A stretch of DNA of 64,000 nucleotides from Octopus vulgaris. Its lineage: Eukaryota. The notes beneath the pieces are model-generated. The model did not search any database and was not told where the DNA came from. It saw nothing but the letters and a program-made list of their open reading frames with translations. The position numbers and the translations under genes were made by a program. The stretch is from the NCBI GenBank assembly GCA_951406725.2, contig OX597841.1:22320001-22384000 (forward strand), read 5' to 3'. Below, in pieces: positions 49,851 to 60,781 of this stretch (the stretch's first letter is position 1; every line of letters starts with the position of its first letter).

Positions 49851-52181
49851 TCATGTATGAATACGCTTGTGAGAAGTTAAGGCACTACTATGAGAGAATG
49901 ATTTGCCACAGCTATCACAGGGATATGGCTTCTCTCCTGTATGAATACGCTTGTGTTTAGTCAAAGAAGGATTTACAGAAAATGATAGACCACAGATATC
50001 ACAGTGATATGGCTTCTCTCCTGTATGAATACGCTTGTGATTAGTCAAAGAAGGACTTACAGAAAATGATAGACCACAGATATCACAGTGGTATGGCTTC
50101 TCACCTGTATGAATACGCTTGTGACTAATTAAAGCACTACTTACAGAAAATGATAGACCACAGATATCGCAGTGATATGGCTTTTCTCCTGTATGAATAC
50201 GTTTATGAGTAGTTAAAACGCTACTCCGAGAGAATGATTTGCCACAGATATCACAGTGGTATGGCTTCTCACCTGTATGAATACGTTTATGATAAGTTAA
50301 AGCGGTGTTGCGAGGGAATAATTTACCACATATATTACAAGAATATGGTTTCTCTCCTGTATGAATACGTTTATGATAAGTTAAAGCGGTGTTGCGAGGG
50401 AATGATTTACCACATATATTACAAGAATATGGTTTCTCTCCTGTATGTGTACGTTTGTGAGAAGTGAGAGAACTACTATGAGAGAATGATTTACCACATA
50501 TATTACAAGAATATGGTTTCTCACCTGTATGTGTACGTTTGTGAGAAGTTAAAGTGGTGCTGAGAGGGAATGATTTACCACATATATTACAAGAATATGG
50601 TTTCTCTCCTGTATGTGTACGTTTGTGAGAAGTGAGAGAACTACTTCGAGAGTATGATTTACCACATATATTACAAGAATATGGTTTCTCTCCTGTATGA
50701 ATACGCTTGTGACTACTTAAAGCAGCTTGGTCGGAGAAGGATTTAGCACAGACATCACAGTGATATGGCTTCTCTCCAGTATGAATACGTTTGTGTTTAG
50801 TCAAGTTATAACTTTGAGAGAATGATTTACCACAAATATCACAGCCAAATCGCTTTTCCCCTGTATGAACAATCGTGTGTGAATTTAAAGCACTAAGGTT
50901 AGAGAATGATGTACCACAGACATCACAGTGAAAGGGCTTCTCTCCTGTATGAATACGTTTGTGTACAAGCAATTTGGAACTTTCACAGAATGATTTACCA
51001 CAGACATCACAGTGGTATGGCTTCTCTCCTGTATGAACACGTTTGTGATTCATTAGGGTACTTCTATGAGAGAAAGATTTATTACAGACATCACAGTGAT
51101 ACGGCTTCTCTCCTGTATGGAAACGTTTGTGATTAGTTAATGTGTCACTTCGGGAGAATGATTTACCACAGATATCACAAGAATATGGTGTCTCTCCTGT
51201 ATGAATACGCTTGTGAATAGTCAGATTACTACTTACAGAGAAAGACTTGTTACAGATGTTGCAGCAATATGGCTTCTCACCCGTATGAATACGTTTGTGA
51301 GAAGTTAAACTTCTTTTGCTTGAGAGCGACTTGCCACAGATATTACAGGAATATGGTGTCTCAACTGAATGAATATGTTTGTGCGTATCCAAGACACCCT
51401 TTTGAGAGAATGATTTACTACAGATGTTACACTGATATGGCTTCTCTCCTGTATGAATACGCTTGTGAGAAATGAAAACACTTCGGTCAGAGAATGATTT
51501 ACCACAGATGACACAGTGAAATGGCTTCTCTCCTGTATGAACACGCTTGTGAGTAGTTAGGGTACTCAAGTGACAGAAAGATTTGTTACAGATGTTGCAG
51601 TGATATGGCTTCTCCCCTGTATGAATACGTTTATGAGAAGTTAGCTGACTACTGACACAAAAAGATTTGTTGCAGATGTCACAGTGATGTGGTTTCTCTC
51701 CTGTATGAACACGTCTGTGAGCAGTCAAAGAACTGCTGCTAGAAAATGATTTACTGCAGATATCACAAGAATATGGTGTCTCTCCTGTGTGAATACGTTT
51801 ATGATCAGTTAAAGTATTACGGTGAGAGAATGATTTACCACAGATTTCACAGTGAAATGGCTTCTCTCCTGTATGAACACGTTGGTGTGAAATCAACTCC
51901 ATTTTTTCAGAGAATGATTTACCACAAACATCACAGTGAAATGGTTTCTCTCCTGTATGAATACGTTTGTGTCTAGTCAAGCCATCTTTTCGAGAGAATG
52001 ATTTACCACAGATGTCACAGTGAAATGCCTTTTCACCTGTATGAATACGTTTGTGCTTATTCAAGTTACCCTTTTCAGAGAAGGACTTTTTACAGACATC
52101 ACGTTTATGTGACAATATACGTCTCTTCTTCACTTTGTCTTCTAGAAAAGTCAAATCCTTTGCTTCCTCACTATTTTCCAT
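49851..52181 (-). CDS. C2H2 zinc-finger protein, gene 7 (27 finger units; no adjacent exon 1)
   Basis: ORF 49851..52235, first ATG at 52181; intact frame; splice acceptor retained at 52522-52523. Confidence 0.93.
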   Translation of the reverse strand: MENSEEAKDLTFLEDKVKKRRILSHKRDVCKKSFSEKGNLNKHKRIHTGEKAFHCDICGKSFSRKDGLTRHKRIHTGEKPFHCDVCGKSFSEKMELISHQRVHTGEKPFHCEICGKSFSHRNTLTDHKRIHTGETPYSCDICSKSFSSSSSLTAHRRVHTGEKPHHCDICNKSFCVSSQLTSHKRIHTGEKPYHCNICNKSFCHLSTLTTHKRVHTGEKPFHCVICGKSFSDRSVFISHKRIHTGEKPYQCNICSKSFSQKGVLDTHKHIHSVETPYSCNICGKSLSSKRSLTSHKRIHTGEKPYCCNICNKSFSVSSNLTIHKRIHTGETPYSCDICGKSFSRSDTLTNHKRFHTGEKPYHCDVCNKSFSHRSTLMNHKRVHTGEKPYHCDVCGKSFCESSKLLVHKRIHTGEKPFHCDVCGTSFSNLSALNSHTIVHTGEKRFGCDICGKSFSQSYNLTKHKRIHTGEKPYHCDVCAKSFSDQAALSSHKRIHTGEKPYSCNICGKSYSRSSSLTSHKRTHTGEKPYSCNICGKSFPLSTTLTSHKRTHTGEKPYSCNICGKSFSHSSSLTSHKRTHTGEKPYSCNICGKSFPRNTALTYHKRIHTGEKPYSCNICGKLFPRNTALTYHKRIHTGEKPYHCDICGKSFSRSSVLTTHKRIHTGEKPYHCDICGLSFSVSSALISHKRIHTGEKPYHCDICGLSFSVSPSLTNHKRIHTGEKPYHCDICGLSFSVNPSLTKHKRIHTGEKPYPCDSCGKSFSHSSALTSHKRIHT

Positions 52182-52725
52182 TTTATTTCTTTGAAAATCA
52201 CAATAGATATATTTTTTCCTTCTCTTTGCTTCCACACTGTTTTGTTTACAAATATTTCAACTGCTGTATTTCTGTCCAGTGTTACTTTTGTCTGAATACT
52301 CTCTAGTAAACTTATCGAAGTTTAATTTCCACACAGACACATCTTGTAGACACTCCAGCCAGTGAAGTCCAGAAAGTTTGCTAAGAACACATTTCAAAGT
52401 GGAATTCTATGACACATTTTCAGAAACAATCTTATATATCTGTTCTGTACAATATTTTGGTCTTTAAAAGATGATAAATAATGAGAATGTATCTTCAGTT
52501 ATGCCAATGTCATCTGATATTCTGAAAGAATAAAGAAACAATAGCGTAAGATACAGAGGCTACTTAAAAAAATACAGATCAAACATTTCCATAGAGGTAA
52601 ATTCTAGAAATAAGCATTTACCTGAAGAACAGAATTTTAGATTTATTAAAATTTACATTTGAAAATCTTATGTGAAGCTAAAATATTTCTAAACTCCAGC
52701 TACACATTCACATTTAAAAATAAAT

Positions 52726-52795
<70 letters not shown>

Positions 52796-52847
52796 TCAAC
52801 TAATAAGGGTGAAAAAATTGGGTACTAATTTAATAGTCCCATCTTTT

Positions 52848-52921
<74 letters not shown>

Positions 52922-52922
52922 G

Positions 52923-54221
52923 AGGCTGCCTAACACAGCTCCTGCAACACTATGACTGGGTGTTGAAACAGCTACTAAATGGCTCAAATGTGGATGTAAT
53001 ATATCTCGACTTTGCAAAAGCCTTTGATAAGGTCGACCATGGTATGATCTGTCACAGGTGGAGAACTTGGAGAGTGGCTGCACAACTTCCTAAAAGACAG
53101 AGAACAGGCAGTTCTGAGCAAGGAAACGCAAGTAACAAGCGGTGTCCCACAGGGCACTGTCTTGGGGCCACTGATGTTCGTAGTGGCCCTTTCAGACATG
53201 CCTTCAGTTGCTACGATGACCACCCTTGCTAGCTATGCAGATGACACAAAAGTCTCCCACGCAATACAAAACCCTGAAAATATTGCGCATCTCCAACAGG
53301 AGTTGGATTCAATATACAGGCAGGCTGAGGACAACAACATGCAGTTTAATGCAGCTAAGTTCCAGGCCCTGTGCTACCGGCACACAAAGGTAAACGACGT
53401 GCAGACTGGATACACTGGCCCAGGAAGAATTGCAATCCCTGAGTCAAAATCAGTGCGTGACCTGGGCATTGACATGAGCAATGATGCATCTTTCCAAATG
53501 CATATTGCTAATCTGGTGATGAAATGCAGACGGCTAGCTGGATGGATTCTCCGAACTTTCAGAACAAGAGAGAAGGAGACACTGATGGTCCTATGGAAAA
53601 CATTCGTCCTCAGCCGCTTGGACTACTGCTCCCAACTGTGGTCACCACACAATATAAAACTAACAGCAGAACTTGAAGCAATTCAGAGAAGCTACACAAA
53701 GAAAATCGTCTCAATGCAAAATATCAGCTACTGGGAAAGACTGAAGGTATTAAACCTCTTCTCCCTAGAGCGGAGGCGGGAGAGATATGCGGTGATATAC
53801 ATCTGGAAAATCCTGGAGGGTCTTGTCCCAAACTTTGGCATTCAAAGTTACCCCAACCGCAGAACGGGGCGCCACTGCATGGTGCCAAAGATTCCAACAT
53901 CACCATCAAAATACAGGTCTAGATACTGCAACAGCTTGGGTTTCAGAGGACCACAGCTCTTTAACATCCTCCCTAAATGCCTGAGAGACTTACATGGTGT
54001 GGATGTGGGTTTCTTTAAAACTAAACTGGATCTCTTCTTGTCGGGAGTCCCAGATGAACCTACCTCACGACAGGAGATGCGGACGCGGGCAGCAGCATCG
54101 AACTCCCTTGTTGATCAAGTGCCACATATCAGAAGTAGATTCACAAATTAGTGTAGTTCATTCAGCGGTGGTGCCCCAGCATGGCTGCGGCCTTCGGGCT
54201 AATACATTTTTAAGGATTTAA

Positions 54222-54226
<5 letters not shown>
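52923..54226 (+). mobile_element. 5'-truncated, degenerate CR1/L2-group LINE (reverse transcriptase C-terminal part and 3' UTR)
   Basis: RT motifs VIYLDFAKAFDKV, SGVPQGTVLGP (across a frameshift), YADD, RDLGI, RLDYCSQLWSP and SLERRR; flanked by (TA)n. Confidence 0.85.
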
Positions 54227-54267
<41 letters not shown>

Positions 54268-54270
<3 letters not shown>

Positions 54271-56735
54271 AATGTCCTGCGCTGTGAGGATGAAAGACTT
54301 GAGGCATTTCGTGTTGCAAGACAGTGTGTGAGAGAGAATCGTGACGTGGTAGGAGAGAAATGTGTTCGCAAGGATGACGGTTCACTTGCGCTAAATGAGG
54401 ATGCCAAGAGAGAGGCTTGGAGACGCCACTATGAAAGGTTGCTGAATGAGGAAAATGAATGGGATAAAGAGAGTCTGCCGAATGTCGACCCAACAGAGGG
54501 ACCAGCAATCCGAGTTAACAGCTCCTTAGTAGTTAAGGCAATTAGAAGCATGAAAACAGGGAAAGCCCCAGGCCCATCAGGAATTACTGCAGAGATACTC
54601 AAAATATCTGGTAGTGTCGGCTATAGCATAGTCACCCGTATAGTTAACCAGGTGATACACGAAGGAGTCATACCCAATGACTGGTGTAGCAGCATAATAG
54701 TCAACTGCTACAAAGGTAAAGGTGACACCCTAGATACAAATAACTACAGGGGCATCAAGCTGCTGGATCAGGTAATGAAGGTTACGGAGAGGGTTATAGC
54801 CCAATTAATTAGAGAGAGAGTTAGCTTAGATGATATGCAGTTTGGGTTCGTGCCAGGGAAAAGTACTACTGATGCTATATTCCTGGTAAGACAGCTGCAG
54901 GAGAAATACCTAGCCAAAGATAAGCCCTTGTACCTGGCTTTTGTTGACTTGGAGAAAGCCTTTGACAGAGTCCCCCGATCCCTTATCTGGTGGTCAATGA
55001 GGAAACTAGGGATAGATGAATGGTTAGTGAGAGCTGTGCGAGCCATGTACAGAGACGCTGCTAGTAAGGTGAGGGTTGGCAACGAGTACAGTGAAGAATT
55101 CCGAGTAGAGGTTGGGGTCCACCAAGGTTCAGTCCTCAGTCCCCACCTATTTATCATAGTCCTCCAGGCAATAACGGAGGAATTCAAGACAGGATCCCCC
55201 TGGGAGCTCCTCTATGCTGATGACCTTGCTCTAATTGCTGAGTCACTATCAGAACTGGAGGAGAAGTTTCAGGTGTGGAAACAAGGATTATAATTGAAGG
55301 GCCTTAGAATCAACCTAGCCAAAACCAAAGTCCTAATAAGTAAGAAGGTGAACCAATCACAAACGACTTCAGGTAGATGGCCCTGCTCGATCTGTAAAAA
55401 AGGTGTAGGTAGAAACTCTATAAGGTGCACCAAGTGTAAGCTATGGACACATAAGAGGTGCAGCAATGTCAAAGGAGGGCTAACTAGGAAAATAGTTTTT
55501 GTCTGTGGCAGATGCTCAGGAGCAATAAACACTGGAAATGTGCAGAGACCAACTTCTACCACGTTCCAAGGAGACAAACTAGAAGTAGTTGATAGCTTCC
55601 GCTACCTAGGAGACCAAGTCAGTAGCGGGGGTGGGTGTGCTGAAAGTGTAACTGCTAGAGTAAGAATAGCCTGGGCAAAGTTTAGAGAGCTCTTACCCCT
55701 GCTGGTGACAAAAGGCCTCTCGCTCAGAGTAAAAGGCAGACTGTATGATGCATGTGTATGTACAGCCATGCTACATGGTAGTGAAACATGGGCCGTGACT
55801 GCTGAGGATATGCGTAAGCTCACAAGAAATGAAGCCAATATGCTCCGATGGATGTGTAATGTCAGTGTTCATAATCGTCAGAGTATAAGTACCTTGAGAG
55901 AAAAGTTGAACCTAAGAAGTGTCAGTTGTGGTGTGCAAGAGAGACGGCTGCGCTGAAATGGTCATGTGACGAGAATGGCTGAAGATAGTTGTGTGCAAAA
56001 GTGCTACACCCTAGCAGTTGAGGGAACCTGTGGAAGAGGTAGACCCAGGAAAACCTGGGACAAGGTGGTGAAGCACGACCTTCGAACTTTAGGTCTCACC
56101 AAGGAAATGACTAGAGATCAAGACCTATGGAAGTATGCTGTGCGTGAGAAGACCCGGCAAGACTAGACAGGCCATAATCCGTGGCCCCTACCTGGGACGT
56201 AGTCAGTCCACCTGTGCATACCTTCCTTCTTGTGACACTTGTTAAGACCTGTTGAGGCAAGTGAAAATCAAACCAAATCAAAATAGATGAACATCAATGG
56301 AATTTGTATCTTTGTGGTACCAGTGCCGGTGGCACACAAGGAAACCATCCGAACGTGGCCGTAGCCAGTACCGCATAACACCATCCGTTGTGGCCGTTCG
56401 CCAGCCTCATCTGGCACCTGTGTCGGTGGCACATAAAAAACACCATCCGAGTGTGGCCGTCTGCCAGCCTCATCTGGCACCTGTGTCGGTGACACATAAA
56501 AAACACCATCCGAGCATGGCCATTCGCCAGCCTCGTCTGGCACCTGTGTCGGAGGCACATAAAATCACCCACTACACTCTCGGAGTGGTTGGCGTTAGGA
56601 AGGGCATCCAGCTGTAGAAACACTGCCAGATCTGACTGGCCTGGTGCAGCCTTCGGGCTTCCCAGACCCCAGTTGAACCGTCCAACCCATGCTAGCATGG
56701 AAAGCGGACGTTAAATGATGATGATGATGATGATG
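54268..56735 (+). mobile_element. 5'-truncated RTE-clade LINE with in-frame stops, internal PHD-like finger, repetitive 3' UTR and (GAT)n tail
   Basis: Three collinear in-frame ORFs (54328-55293, 55294-55956, 55966-56166) carrying KAPGPSG, NYRGI, QFGF, FVDLEKAFD, GVHQGSVLSP, YADD, FRYLG and RGRPRKTW. Confidence 0.88.
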
Positions 56736-56760
56736 ATATATATATATATATATATATATA

Positions 56761-57068
56761 CTAGCAGAAATACCTGGCATTGCCCACTTATGGAAAATAA
56801 CAAATTTTCAATATACCTTTTAGATCACTAACCTAAGATAGATTACAGAGGGGTTACTTCCCCGTAGCTAAGGTACCAACTTTATGCATTAATAACCTAG
56901 TGTTTCCCAGGTTGTTGAAACTAATGAAATTTAAGTATGCCTTTTAAATCTTTCAGTAAAATGGAACATGGATTATGTAGTTCTCGACAATTAGCTGAAG
57001 TACAAACTATTAATGTCAATAATATTTTTTATCTGATGTTCTCACTGTTAAAAACCAGGTAGTTCTTT
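56761..57068 (-). mobile_element. Second copy of the Helitron-like remnant, cut by the gene 7/8 deletion
   Basis: Near-identical to 17886-18195. Confidence 0.5.
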
Positions 57069-57979
57069 GGCTTCTCTCCTGTATGAATACGTTTGAGTAC
57101 AAGCAATTCGTAACTTGTACAGAATGATTTACCACAGATATCACAGTGGTATGGCTTCTCTCCTGTATGGAAACGTTTATGAGTAGCTAAGTTGCCAAGT
57201 TGAAAGAATGATTTACCACAGATTTCACAGTGAAATGGCTTCTCTCCTGTATGAATGCGTTTGTGATTAGTTAGGGTACTTCTTTGAGAGAAAGATTTAT
57301 TACAGACATCACAGTGATACGGCTTCTCTCCTGTATGGAAACGTTTGTGATTAGTTAATGTGTCATTTCGGGAGAATGATTTACCACAGATATCACAAGA
57401 ATAAGGTGTCTCTCCTCTATGAATACGCTTGTGAATAGTCAGATTACTACTTACAGAGAAAGACTTGTTACAGATGTTGCAGCGATATGGCTTCTCACCC
57501 GTATGAATACGTTTGTGAGAAGTTAAACTTCTTTTGCTTGAGAGCGATTTCCCACAGATATTACAAGAATATGGTGTCTCAACTGAATGAATATGTTTGT
57601 GCCTATCCAAGCCACCCTTTTGAGAGAATGATTTACTACAGATGTTACACTGATATGGCTTCTCTCCTGTATGAATACGCTTGTGAGAAATGAAAACACT
57701 TCGGTCAGAGAATGATTTACCACAGATGACACAGTGAAATGGCTTCTCTCCTGTATGAATACATTTGTGTATAGTCAATCTGCCATTTGCAGAGAATGAT
57801 CTACCACAGATGTCACAGTGAAATGCCTTCTCTCCTGTATGAATACGTTTGTGCTTATTCAAGTTACCCTTTTCAGAGAAGGCCTTTTTACAGACATCAA
57901 GTTCGTGTGACAATATACGTCTCTTCTTCACTTTGTCTTCTAGAAAAGTCAAATCCTTTGGTTCCTCACTCTTCTCCAT
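57029..57979 (-). pseudogene. 3'-truncated C2H2 zinc-finger gene 8 (10 finger units, first and last degenerate)
   Basis: The finger array breaks at ~57068 (TGEKP|KNYLVFNSENIR*) into sequence matching gene 3 intron 17886-18195. The last finger has H->L. It could still encode a 316-aa protein. Confidence 0.75.
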
Positions 57980-58654
57980 ATTTTTTCTTTCAAAATTACA
58001 ATAGATATATTTTTTCCTTCTCTTTGCGTCTATAGTGTTTTGTTTACAAATATTTCAACTGCTGTATTTCTGTCCAGTGTTACTTTCGTCTGAATACTCT
58101 CTAGTAAACTTATCCAATTTTATTTTCCTCACAGACTCATCTTGTAGACACTCCAGCCAGTGAAGTCCAGAAAGTTTGCTAAGAACACATTTCAAGTGGA
58201 ATTCTACGACACATTTTCAGAAACAATCTTATATATCTGTTCTGTACAATATTTTCATTTTGGTCTTTAAAAGATGATAAATAATGAGAATGTATCTTCA
58301 GTTATGCCAATGTGATCTGATATTCTAAAATAATAAAGAAACAACAGTGTAAGATATAGAGGCTACTTATATCCGTAACTGCAGACGTAGATTTCTGGAT
58401 AACAAAAAAAAAAGGGGAAAAAAAACCGAAGGGCCTATGGTGATGATCCCTCTATAATTGTATAGGGAAAAAAAGCAGAGAAAAGAATATTGAATGAAAA
58501 TTTCTTGAAAATAAAAAGGACCTGCCACCTGACCATGTCTCGGACTTCAAGTTCAACAACTGTGATCGCCAATTTTCAGTCCTAAACACAATGTAACAAT
58601 GATCAAAATGTAACGATATCAAACAAGGTAGATGGAAAAGTAAGAATAAAGTGG

Positions 58655-59035
58655 AAATTACTCATTTTGCCCCGCTTACTAATTTCGCTTCCATCCTCCT
58701 ATCAAGAAACAAGCATTCGATAAATCATAAGAAAGCATTGGATTCTCAACATTTCTGTGGTTGGAGTTTATTTGGGAATATTTCTCAAACTAAAATACAA
58801 CGAACGAACGTGGAAATGATGGAGCGTGTAGGAAGAAATGAGGAATTACTCATTTTGCCCCGCTTACTAAGTATGTCCCTTACCTTATATTAAGAAACAA
58901 GGGTTCGATGAATTATAATAAAGCATTGGATTCTCAGCATTTCTGTGGTTGGAGTTTATTTTAAGAACATTTCTCCACCTAAAACACACAACAAACAAAC
59001 TTAAAGAAGAAACGATGGAGCGTGTGGGAGGTTGC
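58655..59035. repeat. ~190-bp tandem duplication in the gene 8 intron
   Basis: AATTACTCATTTTGCCCCGCTTACTAA...GATGGAGCGTGT occurs twice; mirrored at 63060-64000. Confidence 0.7.
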
Positions 59036-59129
59036 CGCCATAGCTAGAAATAGCAGCCAAATGTGGAACAGATCAAAGGACATCTGAGACACCAAAGTAT
59101 TAAAAGATTAAATGTTTTCATTGTTTAAT

Positions 59130-59275
59130 ACTTACGGAAATGTCTTTATAAAGGATGGTGTTGTTGTTAGAAGTGCGTCAGGTGGTTGAGAAATGTATTA
59201 TAAATGTGTTTGGGAGTGAATTGAGAGACATTGATGAATGGAGGTAGAAGTACGTTTAGTGCGCATGCGTATGAG
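59130..59275 (-). promoter_or_regulatory. Putative promoter and exon 1 of gene 8 (possibly shared with gene 7)
   Basis: Donor at 59135, NRF-1 motif 59260-59269, YY1-like ATGGCGGC at ~59034-59041, acceptor at 58326-58325. Confidence 0.62.
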
Positions 59276-59409
59276 AGATTGCTTTCACATTTCGTCACAA
59301 AGAACCGCGAGTCGACTTGGCCAGAGAATATGGGAGAATACCATTAAAAATCAATGTTTTCAAAATTTCTATTTCCCTACCTCGGCACCGCAAGTTCTTA
59401 AATTTTAGC

Positions 59410-60370
59410 GGGCCTTTTCACTTTGACCGGCAGATTTTTAAAATAATTTCTTTGTAACTAAACACTTTTAAACTTCGTATACTGTTAGAATGTGTTTATA
59501 AAACATCTTTGGGTCTTTTCGGTTTGAACGGCAGTTTTTAACAATTTCTAGGTAACTAAAAATTTTTAAACTTCGTATACCGGTAGAATGTGTTTATAAA
59601 ACATTTTTTTGCTCTTGGCTTTCTTGAGAAATTCTGTAGTTTGTAAGCTTAATTAGTTGCTTAATTTTTTGCATTTCGGCAATTTCAACCAATCAATGAC
59701 GTCTATTGAGGTGAATACAATTTCTGCCGTAGTTTGTCAACAACTTCCTGCACAGATACACACATTATACATATTATATATTCGTTTAAGAATCAGAATG
59801 GGGATCTTTTCGGTTTGAACGGCAGTTTTTTAAAATAATTTTTTTGTAACTAAACACTTTTAAACTTTGTATACTGGTACAAAGTGTTACATAAAACATC
59901 TTTTTCTCTTGGCTTCCTTGAGAAAATTCTGTAGTTTGTAAGCTATTTGTTGTTTAATTGTTTGCATTTCGGCAATTTCAACCAATCAATGACGTCTATT
60001 GAGGTGAATACAATTTCTGCCGTAGTTTGTCAAAAACTTCCTGCACAGATACACACATTACATATTATATATTCGTTTAAGAATCAGAATGGGGATCTTT
60101 TCGGTTTGACCGGCAGATTTTTAAAATAATTTCCACGTAACTAAACACTTTTAAACTTCGTATACTGGTAGAAAGTGTTACATAAAACATCTTTTCCTCT
60201 TGGCTTTATTGAGAAAATTCTGTAGTTTGTAAGCTATTTGTTGCTTAATTTCTTGCATTTCGGCAATTTCAACCAATCAATGACGTCTATTGAGGTGAAT
60301 AAAATTTCTGCCGTAAACATTTTCTGGCGGTGTCATATCAATGCGTATTGAAATTGTATTCACCTCAATA
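59410..60370. repeat. ~290-bp tandem repeat (about 3 copies plus a partial)
   Basis: Units start GGG(A)TCTTTTCGGTTTGA at 59511, 59801 and 60091, with a partial unit at 59411. Confidence 0.85.
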
Positions 60371-60708
60371 GAGGTATGCAAGGCAACTGTCTGAATGCCA
60401 TGGAAGGTGGGGTGACTACTCCATAATAGGGTTCCCTCACAGGAACCCAATAAAGATAATCGATACACTGAGTGTCTTCACCCCAACCCTACGATACATG
60501 CAACTAAGCAAAGCAATAGATCTGGCTTCAAAGAAAATACTCTTTTACTTGTTTCAGTCATTTGACCGCCTTTAATCGAGCAACTCGACCCCGGGACTTA
60601 TTCTTTGTAAGCCCAGTACTTAATCTATCAGTCTCTTTTTTGCCGAACCGCTAAGTAACGGGGACATAAACACACCGGCATCGGTTGTCAAGCAATGCTA
60701 GGGGACAA

Positions 60709-60781
<73 letters not shown>

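Noticed and set aside
56165-56270. Possible HDV-like or hammerhead ribozyme after the RTE stop
   Set aside because: Hairpins are visible but I could not fit the nested double pseudoknot or the CUGANGA/GAAA core; LINE-associated HDV-like ribozymes are normally 5'.
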